In this document: positions 33,303 through 46,800 of the stretch, piece by piece
How the letters are laid out: each line of letters starts with the position of its first letter
Position numbering within the stretch: position 1 is the stretch's first letter
Assembly: GCA_004431415.1 (NCBI GenBank)
Contig: QPMI01000687.1
Span: 1-64,000 of the forward strand
From: Cyanophora paradoxa CCMP329
Lineage: Eukaryota > Plantae > Glaucophyta
Direction of reading: 5' to 3'
Length of the DNA: 64,000 bases
Position numbers and translations under genes: made by a program
Notes under the pieces: generated by a model
Databases searched by the model: none
What the model was told of the DNA's origin: nothing
The model's input: only the letters and a program-made list of their open reading frames with translations

Positions 33303-34567
33303 TCAGGACGCGCCCTTGGCCGCCGGTGCTTCCTCTTTCCTATCAGCGACGGTGGGCAGCTGCGCGGCGGGAAGTCAGCGGCGGGAGCTGAGCGGGGCAC
33401 GCGGGGCCCACGGACCGAGTTGTAGATGGGGAGGGCGAGGCTGTCGCCCGTCTTGAGGTGGAGGGCCTGCGCGGCGCTCATGTGGGCCGCGAGCCTGGGC
33501 CTCCGGGGGGCGGCGGGGCGGACCTGGATGTTGGCCCACTTCTTGGGGACCTTCTCGGCGATGGCGTCGATGGCGCCCATGATGTTCTCCACGATCTGCG
33601 CCTCGCTGAAGCCCGTCCGCGCGATCTTCACCGCGCTGCACCCGCCGTCAGCGCCCCGCCGCGTAGGTGCAGGCGGGCCCGGGCCGACGCGCCTGACGGG
33701 GCCTGTGCCGTAGAAGAGGTACGTCGAGTCGCACGCCCGCAGCACCTGCTTTGTGATGTTCTCCTTCGTCAGCCGCACCGTGATCGGGTGCCTGTCCCCG
33801 CGCGCGGCGGGTGAGCCAACCGCCCTGCCGCCCCTCCCCCGCGCCGGCGCACCGCTTCCTCTGGATGAAAGCCTTCCCGAGAAGCGTGGGGAGGAAGCGG
33901 ACGATACGCTCGTCCGCGAGGAAGAGGTCGTAGCTGCCGCTGAGCTGGCGCTTCGCCTCGTACGTCTTGTACTTCGCCCGCAGCTTCGAGAGGCCAATCA
34001 CCTGCGCGTACGTGATGTTGGCACAAAGAAAGCGCATGAGATAGCTGCGCGGCCGAGCCGGCAGACCTTCTTGACGCCCGGGACCTGCTTCTCCTCGATC
34101 ATATTCTTGTACTCGCGCTGCGGGTCCTTGGTGAACAAGCAGAGCTCGGTCTCCTCGATCGGATGCAGCGTGTGCTTCAGCGGTCTGCACGACACGGGGA
34201 GTCAGCTCCCGCTCTGACGAGCCGCAGGACGCGATCGCGCCGGCTGCGCCCGGCGATCCAGCGCAGCCGGCGCGATCGAGCTTGTTTATACGGCGGATGT
34301 TAAAGGCGGTTTGGCGGTTGCTTGCATTTGCGCGGGCGTGAGGATGTTGTTCTTCTTCGGCACGGTCTTGTATGTGATCTGGAGGACGATGAAAGCGTCA
34401 TCGTCGAACAGCTCCGACTTTCCCTGCTGCTGCTGCTTGTTCTGCTTCACCACCTCCGCGTGCTTGAGGAGAGCCTTGGCTGCCTTTCGGACCTGCGCGA
34501 TCCCCCTCGGTACACGCGATAGCTTGTGCAACGAGCTGCATACCTGCTTCTCGTTGAGTTGTGTCAT
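33303..34567 (-). CDS. RSL1D1: Ribosomal L1 domain-containing protein 1 (Utp30/Cic1 family)
   Basis: VRKAAKALLKH, ELCLFTKDPQ, VIGLSKLRAKYKTYEAKRQLSGSYDLFLADERIVRFLPTLLGKAF, IVENI and KWANIQALHLKTGDSLALPIYNS. Confidence 0.93.
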
Positions 34568-34765
34568 CGGGGCGCTCGCTGCGTGCTTTGCTGGGCTCAG
34601 GGCGCGGCGACGAACGAAAATGCCTATCCTGGATTCGAGCCGGCGTTGAAACAACGAGGGGGAGAGAAGAGGAGCTAGGAGATCTGGAGGCCTCCAGGCC
34701 TGTATAAGGAGAGTTGACGTGTGAGGAGATCTAGAGGTCCGCGCCTGCACGCGCTCTGTGCGCCG

Positions 34766-37527
34766 ATGCGCATGCGTCGGCGGGCCACGGCCGCGGCGCT
34801 CCTCCTCGCGCTGCTCCTGGAAGGTGAGTGTTAGTAGATATAGTGCGCGGCTGCGTTTTGGGGCGGCCATGCTGAGCCGCACGCAGCCGGGCTCAGCGCC
34901 CGCGTCGCTGCGATCGACGCGGGCAGAGATGAACCGCACGCACGTGGCGAAGTGGCGGCAGAAGGATCCTCGGCAGAATTCGAAGCGGTCGAACACGCGG
35001 AGCTGGAGGTGGCCGTCGCGACTCCAACGCCGGTCCCAGAGTGGAGGCTGAAGGAGCAGCGCGAGAGAAGAGCCAAGGAAGAGCAGAAGCGGAGGAGCGC
35101 GCTGGCCGAGGCGGCGTACCGGGAAGGGCGGCGGCTTCAGATCTCCGACCCCGTGGCGGCGAGCGCGCGGCTGCGGGAGGCGGGGGAGCTGGGCCACGCG
35201 TACGCGCCGGCCGAGCTGGCGGTGCACTACGTGCTGGGCTACGGGGTGGAGGCGGACGAGCGGCGGGCGCTGGAGCTGTACACGGAGGCGGCACGCCGGG
35301 GATCTCTACTCGCACACATCGCGCTCGCCGTCCGCCACGCCTTCGCCGTCGGCACCCCCGCCGACTGCGCCCAGGCCTGCGCGTACTACCTCCCCGTCTC
35401 TCGCACCGGTCCGCCGCCCCTCTCCACCGCGCCGCACACGGAGGGGCCGACGAGTGCGCGGGGCAGCCGTCTCGGCGTCCTCGAAGCAGGCGTCGGGGGA
35501 GTCGGGCTCGCGCCGGGAGCGCGCCGCGCAGGCCAAGGAAGAGATGCCGCGCCTCTCGGAGGTCCGGGGGGGAGCCCTCGGCCGCTTCCTGGGGCGCGCC
35601 CTGGGCCCCGGGGCGGCCGGGGCGCTGCTGGGCGGGGCCGGCCGGGCGCAGCAGCGCATGCACGACATGCTGCACTACGCGGAGGCGCGCGCAGAGGCCG
35701 GCGGCGCCCCGCACTACGCCGTGCGCGCCCCCGGCCCTGCCGCCGCGTCCCCCGCCCGAGCCTCTGCGCAGCTGGCGATCGGGCAGGCGCACCGGTACGG
35801 CATGCATGGGTTCGCGCGGGACCCGCGGCGCGCGGCGCAGTTCTTCCAGCGGGCGGCGGCCGCCCCGAACCCCGACCCACTAGCATTCGTCCACCTCGGG
35901 GAGATGCACGAGCAAGGCCTAGGCGTGCCGGCGAGCAATGTGACAGCTATGGATATGTACCGCCGAGCCGCCGACCTCGGGTCGCCGCTCGGCTGGGACC
36001 GCATCGGCCAGGTGCGCGCACCCCGCGCCCGCCGCTAACACTCGCACTCGATGAGTCCCCTACCCCCCCGGTACCCGGGCAGATGCACATGCACGGGAAG
36101 GGCGTCCCGGTGGACCCCGCCAGCGCGCTGCGGTCCTTTCGGCGGGCGCTGGGGGCCCCCGAGGAGCCCCGCCCCGACGGCGAGGAGCCGGCGCTGGGGC
36201 CCCTCGAGGCGTGGGGCCCCGACCCGGGGGAGGGCGGGGGCCCCGCGCCGCCGCCCGGGCACGGGGACGCGGTGTACAACTTGGCGCGGCTCTACTACTA
36301 CGGGATGGGCGTGGAGCGGAACGAGACGGCGGCGGGGCGGCTGCTGCAGCGGGCGGCGGGGCGGGGCCACCGCCTCTCCATGCACCTCTACGGGCGCCTG
36401 CAGGCCGACGCCCTCGCCCGCGCCGCCGCCGAGGGCCGCGCCCCCGACGAGCTCGCCCTCCCCTGCGCCCGCGCCGTCCGCTGGCTGCGCGCCTCGCCGA
36501 GTCGGGGCCCTGGAGCGGTGCCCCCGCCCCCGCCTTCGCCCCGCACCGCGCTCTCGGAGCGAGCGGGGCGGGGCGGGCAGACGCGGTGCGGGACGGGGTG
36601 GAGGCCTGGCTCGGCGGCGACGAGCTCTTCGGCCTCATCCGCCTCGTCACCGCCGCCGAGATGGCCCGCCCCGCCCCGCCCCGCCCCGCCCCGCCGCGGC
36701 GCGGGCCGACAGGGCGCAGGGCCTCGAGGCGGGCCTGGTGAACGCAGCGCACGCGCTGCTGCACCTCTCGCGGGGCGCGGCGGCGAACTTCACGGCGGAC
36801 CTGGGCGAGCTCGCGCGGGAGTACCTGGAGCGGGCGGGGGCGCAGGGGAGCGCGGAGGCGCTCGTCTTGCTGGGCGACCTTGAGCACGCGCGCGGCCGCC
36901 GCGCCGCCGCCGCCCTCCTCTACCGCTCCGCCGCCGACGCTCCCGCCGACGCCGTCCGAGGCGTCCTGGCGGCCCTCGGAGCCGGTGCCGCCCGCCCCGC
37001 CGCCCCCTCCCCGCCCCCCGCCGACGGCCCCGCAGACGCGCTGCAGCACGTCGCGGGGGCGAGCTCCGGCAAGAACGGCCTCGCCTGGCGCGCCCGCGCC
37101 GCCTACAACCTCGGTGCGCCCCTGCCGGCCGCTGGGCGCCGGCCCCAGGCCCGCGCACCGACGCGGCACAGGGTTCATGTCGCAGTTCGGCGCGGGCGTG
37201 CCCCAGAGCATCGCGCAGGCAGCGCACTGGTACCGCCTGGCGGCTGCGCTCCATCCCGTGGGCGCCTTCCTCCCGCGCGCGATGCTCCGCCTCCTCCCCG
37301 TCCAGAGCGTCGTGCACGAGATCCGCAGCGCGACGGCGGCCCTGCCCGACGAAGTCCGCGCCGCCGCAAAATCCATCCTGTTAATCCATCTCTTCGTCCA
37401 AGCCCTCCTCCTCTCCTGGCTCTGCGCCGCCCTCTGGCGCATGAGGCACCTGCAGGGCGTCGACCAGGCCCTCCGCCGCGGCGAGCGCCCGCACGTGCCC
37501 CCCTGGCCCGCCGCCCTTGCCGCGTAG
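34766..37527 (+). CDS. Sel1-repeat membrane protein (SEL1L/Hrd3-like) with signal peptide and C-terminal TM
   Basis: Leader MRMRRRATAAALLLALLLE. Several Sel1 repeats (LAVHYVLGYGVEADERRALELY; LGEMHEQGLGVPASNVTAMDMY; YNLARLYYYGMGVERNETAA; AAYNLGFMSQFGAGVPQSIAQAAHWY). TM segment ILLIHLFVQALLLSWLCAALW. Confidence 0.82.
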
Positions 37528-37871
37528 TGCCTTGCAATTGCAAGCTTCCATTTGCGAGCCCGAGTCGCGTAAAGACGCCGCCGCACAGATGTATACGTAC
37601 AGCCGCATGCGCAGCTGCGCATGCCGCGCCGGCGCCCGGCCGGCGCCACTGAAGGCTAGCGCTAGCGCTTTCGCGATCGAAGCACGTGCACGACACGGGG
37701 GGGGGGGGACGAACGGGGGGGTCGAGCAGCTCCCGCAGGTGCAAGGTGGTGTAGTCGGTGTAGAGCCAGGGCTGCAGCTGGGTCTAGCTATAGGCCTGTT
37801 GCGTGATGGTTCCGCTCGTCAGCTTCACCACAGAGGGACGCATTTCGGTGTAGGCATTTCGCATTTCGCGG

Positions 37872-40800
37872 ATGGAGAACCTCACAAGCCTCCAGCCGCT
37901 CACCCTGGAGAGATGGCTCGACGTCGCGGTTGCCCTCGCGAGCACGATCTATGAGGTACGCGAGCTGAGCCTGCGGTCTGAGGGACGCCAACTCCTCCCG
38001 CGTCAAAATGCATAACGCTCCTCACCCGCAGCACCACGAGCAAGGAAAGCTCTTTGGAGAACGCCTTCGACCTGCTAACATCAACGTACAATTCGGCAAC
38101 GAGACAAGGGTCCGGATCTCAAACGCGCCAGCGAGCCGGGACGCTCTAGAGCTTCTCGACGGGTTCACGTACACAGCGCCAGTGCGCAGCGTCCGCGTGA
38201 GTGCTAATTGCTCAGCTGAAATTCACTCGACTTGCACAGGAGCTCACGGGGCGCTGGCACCAAAGCGAAGGTGCGCCCCTCGCTGCCGCGCAGGTCCCGA
38301 CGCCCCAACGCTGTCGCGCAGGTCCCGACGCGCGAGCGGACGTGTACCTGCTGGGGGTGGGTCCGCCGGCCCCATGTGGGGCGATCTCTTGACGGGCGCG
38401 GCAGCTTATCCTGCACGAGGCGTTCACGGGGCGGCCATGCTTCGCTGCGGGGAGCGCTCTCGAGCTGATCCACGCGCATCTGGCGCGGCCGCCGAAGCCC
38501 GTCTCGCACGTTTCGCCGTCCCCCATACCCGAGGTCGTCGAGCGGATCGTCGACCGTTGCCTCGCCAAGATGCCCGGGAGCCGGTACCAGAGCGCGTTCG
38601 GCGTGCTGCACGACCTGCAGCGGTGCCGGGCGTCGCTGCGGGAGGCGGGCGCAGTGGCGAGCTTCGAGCTGGGGGAGCGGGACCGGAGCGGGCAGCTGGC
38701 GCTCCCCGACCTCCTCTACGGGCGCGCCGCGCCCCTCAACCGCGCCCTCGCCGCCGCCCGCGCCGTCGCCCAGAGCGGCCGCCCCGCCCTCTTCGCCCTC
38801 CGCGGCCTCCCGTGCGGCCCCGGAGCCCGCCCCCCGCGCCCCGCCGGGCTCACGGGCGGGGCAGGGGCGCGGGGAAGACGTTTCTTGTTCGCGAGGCGGC
38901 GCGGCGGGCGCTCGAGGAGGGCACCGCCGCCTTCTTCGTCTCGGGCAAGGCGGACCAGTTCAACCGGCTCCCCTTTTCTTGCTGGTCGCGGGCGCTGCAG
39001 GACCTCGTGCGGCAGCTGCTCGCCACGCGGGAGGAGGGCGTGGCGGCGTGGCGCGCCGCGCTGCTGGCGGCGCTACAGGGCAAGGCGCGCCTCCTCGTCG
39101 AGCTCGCCCCCGCGGCGAAGCTGCTGCTGGGCGCCGACCTGGCGCCGCTGCCGGAGGTGCCGGGCCCCGAGGCGCAGGCGCGCCTGCAGCTCGCCCTCGC
39201 CGAGCTCTTCCGCGCCGTCTGCGGCCGCCCGGGCGCGCCGCCCCCGAGCCGGCCGCCGACCCCGAGGCGAACCCGAGGAGGCGGAGGCGGAGGAGCTGGC
39301 GGAGGAGGGCGGGCCCCCGGAGCTCGTCCTCGCGCCCCGACGCCCCCGGGCGGGGAGCCGCAGGCCTCCCCCAGGCCGCCCTCGCCCCCGGCCCTCGCCC
39401 TGGAGGCGGCCGGAGGGGAGGCCCGCGGGGCGCCCGCGGGGCGGGGGCCCGTCATCGTGCTCCTTGACGACATGCGCGCCCGCCCGCCCGCCCTGTGCCG
39501 CCGTGCCTCGCGAGCGGCGGGGGCGCAGGCACTGGGCGGACCTCGAGACGGTGAAGCTGGTGGAGAGCCTCCTGGCGGCGCCGACGCCCGACCTCCCCAT
39601 CCTCCTCTGCATGACCTACAGGGAGAGCGAGGTCGCCGAGCGGCACCCGCTCGCCCAGTTCCTCGCGCGCGCGCGGGAGAGCTTCCCCGTGTACGAGGCC
39701 GAGGCCGCCCCGATGCGCCGAGAGGACTGCTGCTCCCTTCTCGCCGACGTCGTCCGCTCCCGCCCGGCCGCGCCCCGGCGCACGGCCGGCGCCTCTGACG
39801 GGGCGGCAGCTGCGGTGGGAGGGCGGGCCGGAGGAGCCCCGGCTGGGCGCTCTGGCGGGGGCCATTTTGCGCAAGACCCTCGGCAACCCGCTCCACGTGG
39901 TGCGCCCCGCCGGGGGCCCCTCGCCGGGCGGGGGAATCCCGTTCGACGCGGCGCGGCGCAGCTCGCGTTCCTGCGGCACCTGCACGCGCGGCGCATCCTG
40001 CGCTTCTCGCACCCCGAGGGGGCGTGGCGGTGGAGCCAGGGGGAGGTGGAGGGTGCGGAGGAGGGGGCGAGCCTGGGGGAGATGGTGGAGACGTCGATCG
40101 GGCTGCTGCCGGCGGCGACGCAGCACGCCCTCAAGGTCGCCTCCTGCTGCGGCGCCACCTTCTCGGTCCCTCTCCTCGCCGCCATCCTCGGTGCCCCCGC
40201 CCCGCCCCCACCCCCCACCTCCCTTGCCCTCATGCCCGGCCCTTGCTCCCGCCAGGGTGCTCGGAGGAGGAGATCGTGCCGCTGCTGCGGCCAGCGCTCG
40301 CCGCCGGCCTCCTCCTCATCGGCGAACCGCAGACCCTCCGCGCCGCGTCGCCACTCCCCGCGCCGCGCGGTGCCCCCGCCGACGCCGCCCCGCCCCGCTT
40401 CCTGCGCCGAGCGCGCCGCAGGGATGTCGCTCTCGCCGGCGCGGGCGCTGGGGGACCGGCGGCGGAGCGCGCCGGCGGTGGCGCAGGAGATCGCGTCGGC
40501 GGCGCTCCAAGTGCACGCCTCGCACTCCTTCCCCGTCCTGTGCGAGGCGCCGGAGGCGGGGGCGGCGGGCGGGGCGGCGGGGGCGAGGAGGCGTGGGCGG
40601 GGCGGCGGGGCGCTGAAGGTCTCGTTCACGCACGACCGGGTGCAGCAGGCGGCGCACGAGGCGCTCTCCGACTCGGAGCGCGCCTCGGCCTGCTTCCGCG
40701 CGGGCTCGCCCTCGCCGCCGCCCCGCCGCTCCCCGGGCGCCCCCGCGCCTCCCTCTTCGAGCTCGCGAACCTCGTCAACCAGGGCCTCGCCGCCGGCGCC

Positions 40801-43800
40801 GCCGCCGCCGAGCGCCCGCCCCTCCTCGAGGCCGCCCGCCTCAACGCCGCCGCCGCCCGCCGCTCCTACGAGATGGCCCGCCGCCCCCTCCCGCCCTGCC
40901 CCCCCCCTCACGCGCCGCGCGCAGTGCTCGTACCGGCGCGGGGCGCACTACGCGCGGGACGGCTGCGCTTCCTGGACGCGGCGCCGCGGCGGCGGGCGGG
41001 AGGTGCCGCGGGCGCCGCAGCGGTGGGGCTGGGACGGGCGCTGGTGGGCGGGGAGGGGCGGCGGGCGGAGGAGGGCGGGGAGCTCGCCTTCGAGCTCCGC
41101 GTCCTCCTCGCCGAGTGCGAGTGCCTCTCGGGCGCGTCGAGGCCGCCGAGGCCGCCTTCGCCGAGGCCGCCCGCGCCGCCGCCGGCGACCAGCAGCGCCT
41201 CCGCCGTCCGCGCCCCGCCCCGCTCCCCCGCCCGCCCTCACCCGCCCCGCCAGTCTACCGGCTGCGCATCGCGCTGGCGGGGGCGGCGGGGACTACGGGG
41301 GCGCGCTCGAGGCGGGGCTCGAGTGCGGGCGGGAGCTCTTCGGGCTGACCCTCCCCGCCGAGCCGACGATGGCGGACCTGGAGGCGGAGTTCGAGGCGCT
41401 CCTCGCCGCCCTCCGCCCCTCGGAGCCGCGCCCCGGGCCCGGCGCGGCCGCCGACTGGGGCGACCTGCTCGCCGCCCTCCCGGAGGCCGTCGCCCGCCTC
41501 CCCGAGTGCACCGACCGCCGCACCCTCGACCTCATGCAGGCGCCCCGCCCCCCGCCCCGCCCGCCCCGCCCCGCCCCGCCCCCAACGCCCGCCCGGCGCA
41601 GGTGTGCGGCGAGTGCGTGGTGGCCGCCTCGCTCCACCCGACGGCGTGTCCCCTCGTGGGGATCCTCCCGGCGCGCGCCGTCCGCCTCTCCCTCGAGGCG
41701 GGGCGCGCGCCCCAGACGGGCTTCATGGCGGGGGCGCTTGCACATGCCGCCTCGGCCTCAACAGCCTCCTCCCCTTCGTCGCGCCCCTCGCCCAGGCCCG
41801 CCCTGCCGCCCCCGCGCCCCCTGCCGCGCGTCGTCACGGGGCGGGGCCGGCGGCAGGTGTGCGTGCGGTTCGGGGGCGAGGGGCGGCACGCGCGGGTGCG
41901 GGCGAAGGCGCTGGTGGCGGCGGCGACGTGCTGCATCTGGGGCGACTCGTTCCGCGCCTCCATGCACTACGCGGAGCAGTGCGCCCTCGCGCGGCAGCTC
42001 CCTCCTCTCCGCCGCCGGCGACGGGGCGCAGGTGCTTCGGGCTGGCGCGGGAGCTGGGGGACCTGGTGGACGCGAGCGCGGCGGCCTCGGCGTGGGAGGC
42101 GGCCGCCCTCGGCGCCTGCGAGCGCCTCCCCGCCCTCGAGCGCCGCCTCCTCGAGCACCGCCGCTTCTTCGGCCCGCCGCCCCCGCTCCCCCGCCCCGAG
42201 TCTGCCCCCTCCCCGCCCTGACGCCGGCCCTGCAGCCGAGCACCGCAACGGGTCTGCGGGGCGCTCGCGGGGCCCACATCGCCCTCGTCCGGGGCCTCCT
42301 GGTGCGGCCCCCGCCGCCTCGGCGCGTGCGCCCGTGAGGCGCGGCGCAGGGCAAGCCGGAGCTCGAGGGGCGGGCCCCTTCGTGCAGGGCCCGTCCCCGG
42401 CCTCCGCCCGGCGCCCGCCCTCGCCGCACGCCTCCCCCGAGCTCGCGCCGGCGATGGGCGAGAGCTCGCCGCGGCCATCGCCGCGGCCGGCGTCAGGCCC
42501 GCTCGGCCCGGCGGCGTTCAGCATGTCGCGGGTGCAGGCGGAGACGGCCGCCCTGCCGGCGTGGGCCCGCTGGCGCTACAGAACGCTGGTCGCGCTCCGC
42601 CTCCTCTTTTTCGGCGACACAGCCAACGCGTGGCGGGTGCTGGGCGAGTACGAGTGGGGCGGGGCCCTGGAGCAGCCGCTGCGGGCCGCCTTCTCGTGCC
42701 ACCAGGTCCGCAGCGTTTCTCAAAGCCATCGCATTGTCGGCGACGAACTGACCACGTTCCCTTGAAGGATCTCGTCCTCGCTCTTGGCCTCCTCCTCGGC
42801 CGCGTGCGCCCTGCCCGCCCCGCCCCGCCCCTCGCCGCCAGCGCTGCTCAGCGTCCGGCCCCTCGCAGCTGCTCTCGCCGGGGCACCCGCCGGCTGCCTC
42901 GGGGGGCGTCACCCCGGCCTCCCTCCCCTCGTCGCCCTCCGTGGCGGCCCTTTCCTCGCCGGGAGGCGCCGCGGGGCGGGGGAGCGGGGAGACGGTGCCG
43001 GCGGTGCCGGAGGCGGGGCGGCTGCTGGCGCGGCTGGAGGGCGTGTGCGCGCAGGCGCGGGTCTACGCGGAGGCGGCGCCCCAGAACTACCTGCCCGCAG
43101 CCTCCTCCTCGACGCCGAGCTCGCCCGCGCCCGCGGCGAGAGCGCCGCCGCGGCGCGCCTCTACGACGCCGCCGCCGACGCCGCCGAGGCCGCCCGCTTC
43201 CACTCCCTCGCCGGCCTCGCGGGGGAGCGCGCCGCGAGCCTCCTCCTCGACATGGGCGCCCGCCGCGGCGTCGAGGGCTACCTGCGGGCGGCGGCGCGCG
43301 CGTACGCGCTGTGGGCGCGGCGGAGAAGGTGCGGGCGCTGGGCTGCTGGCGCCCCCGGGACGCCCCCGCTGGCGGCGAGCGACGCCAAGACGACGCCCCT
43401 CGCCTCCCGCGCCCCCGTCTCGCCCTCCCTCGAGAGCCCCCGATCGGGGCTCGCCCCCCGTGCGCGCCGCCCTTGCCTTGCAGCGCGCCCGCGGCTGCGG
43501 CGGGGCGTGACGGCGCGGCAGGCCGCTGAAGGCCGTCTCGTCGCTGACGAACGTGGCGGGGGCCGCCGGGGCGCGCGCCGCCAGCGCCGGCCTCAAGACC
43601 GTCGCCTCCGCGGGGGACGTCCACGCGCAGGAGCTCCTCCACCGGCCCCGCCCCGCCCTCGGCCCCGCCCCGAGCCCCCGCGCCGCCACCCTCCTCCGCT
43701 TCGCCGACTCCGCCGCCGAGCGCAGAACGGGTGACATCTCTCCACCCGAACCTTCATTTGCTTTGCTTTGCTTTGCGTGCTCGCTGAACCACTCGCCTCA

Positions 43801-46800
43801 CAGCGCTCCTCCGCTCCGCTGCCGCCGCCTCCGGGGGGCCAGCGCCGGCGCCAGGCGAGGAGGGCGGAGAGGGCGTAGCGGCGCCGGCGCGGATGCCGCG
43901 GAACCGGAGCGGGGCGAGCTCGCACGGGACCGGCTGCGGGGAGGAGCAGAGCTTCGACTGGGAGACGCTGGTGGCGGCCTCGCAGCTCCTCTCGCGCGAG
44001 ATCGTCCTCTCGACCCTCCTCCAGCGCCTCATGACCGTCGCCATGGAGGCCCGGCCCCCGCGCCCCGCCCCGCCCCGCGCCCCCGCCCTCACCCCCGCCC
44101 CGCGCAGATCGCCGGCGCGCAGCGCGGCTTCCTCATCCTGGAGCAGGAGGACGGGTCGGGGGCGGGGGCGGGGGCCGGGGCGGGGCGGGAGGGGGCGCCG
44201 GGGGCGGCCTCTTCGTCGGAGCTGCCGGCGCCGGAGCGGCCCGGCGCCTACAGCGTCGAGGCCGCCGCCGAGGTCGCCGGCCCTGACGAGGGCCCCGCCC
44301 GTGCGGCCCCGCCCCCTGCCCCCGCCCGCCCTCACGCCCCGCGCCAGGCCGCGCTCGCGCTCCGCCTCGACGGGTGGCCGCGTCGAGGGCGGGCGGGCGG
44401 GCCGGGGAGGAGGCCGAGGCGGGGCCGGGGCCGGGGCGGAGGCAGAGCGAGGAGGCGGGCGGGGAGCGGGCGCTGCAGGTGACGGTGATGCAGGGCCTGC
44501 CGCTCGCCGAGTGCGGCGACCTCCTCTGCCTCCGCGCCGTCGAGTCCGCCCTCGCCACCGAGGGCCCGCCCCGCCCCCGCGCCCCCGCCCCGCCCCCGCG
44601 CCCCGCTGAGGCCCCCCCGCGCGCAGAGATCGTGCTGGTGCAGGACGTCGGGGGCCGCGAGGAGGGGGCGCAGCTCTCGTTCGAGAGCGACCCGTACGTC
44701 GCGGGGGCCGGCGTCAAGTCGCTGCTCGCGCTCCCCGTGCTCCACCAGGGGCGCCCCGTCGGCTGCCTCTACCTCGAGAACCGCCTCCTCCGCGGCGCCT
44801 TCTCCCCCTCCTCCATCGAGACCCTCGGCATCCTCTCCTCCCAGCTCGCCATCTCCGTCCGCCCCGCCCCGCCCTGCGCACCGCCCCGCGCCGTGCCGCG
44901 AGGCGACGGGGGCACAGATCGTGAACGCGCGGCTGTACGAGTCGCTGCGGGCGCACTACACGAGCCTGCAGCAGCGGGCGCGGGAGAACGCGGCGGTGCT
45001 TGAGGCCTCCCACGACGCCATCCTCGTCCTCGACGACCGCGCACACATCCTCTCCGCTAACCCGTCAGCCCCCGCCCCCCCGCCCCGCACCGCCCCGCCC
45101 CACGCGGCGGCGAGCGGCGGGGGGCGGGCAGGGCGGCGGAGAAGCTGTGGCGGCGGGCGCGGCGGGAGCTGCTCGGCCTGCGCCTCGACGACCTCCTCGT
45201 GGTCGCGCGCCCGGCCGAGCCCGACCCCGCGGCCCCGGGGGGCCGCCCGGCGGCGAGCCGCCCCTCTCCGCCCTGCTCATGCAGGAGGCGCTCGGGGCGT
45301 CGCCCGGGGGCCGGCCCCTGTGGGCGGGCTTCGCGCTGGGCGAGGGCGGCGCGCACATCGAGGTGGAGCTCTGCGTGGCGGTCTTCGAGGGGGGCGCGGG
45401 GCGCCGCCACGGGGCCCTCACCGCCGCCTCCAGCTCCGCCTCCCTCCTCGAGGCCCGCGCCGCGTCCGCCGGCCACGAGCCCGCCCCCGCCCACCGCCTC
45501 GCCACCTGCCCCGAGGAGCCCTTCCTGCTGCCCCCGGCCTCCGCCCCGCCCACCACCGCCCGCCCGCCCCTCTCCCGCGCCGCCTCCCAGCGCCGCTTCT
45601 CGCCCCTCGTGGGGCCCCTCGCGAGCCCTTTCTTCAACGGGGCGGCGCCGGTGCCGGGGCCGCCGGCGGGGGGCCCGAAGCGGTTCGCGGCGTTCGTGCG
45701 GGACGTGAGCGAGCGGGCGAAGGCGGAGGAGCAGCTGCGGCGCGTGCAGAAGCGCTGGTTCGCCATGCTCACCCACGACCTCCGCACCCCGCTCAACGGC
45801 CCGCCTGTCCCGCCCCGCCCCGGCCCCCGCGCCCCGCCCCGCTGACGCAGCGCGCAGGCATCATGGGTCCGCGGCCGCGAGCCCCGCCACGCCTCCGCCC
45901 TCTCCTCCCGCGCGGCGCTGAAAGGAGCGCAGGGATGCAGCAGCTGCTGTCGGAGACGAAGCTCACGGGGGAGCAGCGGCACTACCTGGAGAACATCGGG
46001 TCGGCGTCGGAGATCCTGCTCTCGCTGATGAGCGACATCCTGGAGTACAGCAAGCTGGAGGAGCAGCCGGCCCTCGCCGTCGACCACCTCCCCTTCGACA
46101 TCGTCGACTCCCTCGAGGAGACCGGTCCGCCCCGCGCCCCGGCCCGGCCCCGCCCCCGCCGGCGCGGGCCGAGGGGGCGGGGCAGTGTCGATGGTGGCGG
46201 TGGCGGCGCGGAACAAGGCGATCGAGCTGGCGCTGTACGTGCCGGCGGGGCTCCCGCGCCGCGTCCTCGGCGACTCCCTCCGCCTCCGCCGCCTCGTGAT
46301 GAACTACCTCTCCAACGCCCTCAGTCCGCCCGCCTCGCGCAGCGCAGGCGCAGCCCGCCTCGGCTGAGCCCCCCGCAGAGTTCACGCCCCAGGGCGGCCG
46401 CGTCGAGCTCCGCGTCGAGCTCGAGCCGGCCCCGGCCCCCTCGTCCCCGCCCCGCCCCGCCCCCCTCAACGCCGCGCCCCTCAACGCGGGGCCCCTCAAC
46501 GCCCCGCCCCTCAACGCCGCGCCCCTCAACGCGGGGCCGGGGGCGGGGCCGGGGCCGGCGGCGTCGTCGCCGGCGCTGTGCGGGGCGGGGCCGAGCTCGC
46601 TGGGCTCCCTCGCGAGCCCGCGCACGCCGGCGTCCGCCCCCTCCGCCCCGCCCCTCCTCGCCTGCCTCTCCGCCCCCGCCGCCCCGCGCCGCCCCCCTCC
46701 GCCCCCTCCCTCGCCCCGCCCCCCGCCGACCCCGACGAGGCGTTGCGGTACCGTATTTCGGTCACTGATTCCGGGTGCGCCTGCGAGGACTAGGGCATCA

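Noticed and set aside
38570-42337. Very long Pro/Arg/Ala/Gly-rich ORFs in the track (e.g. 38570-42337, 55790-59383, 56749-59334, 40024-42765) as genes
   Set aside because: Stop codons are rare at this GC content. These frames run through introns or lie antisense to recognisable spliced genes.
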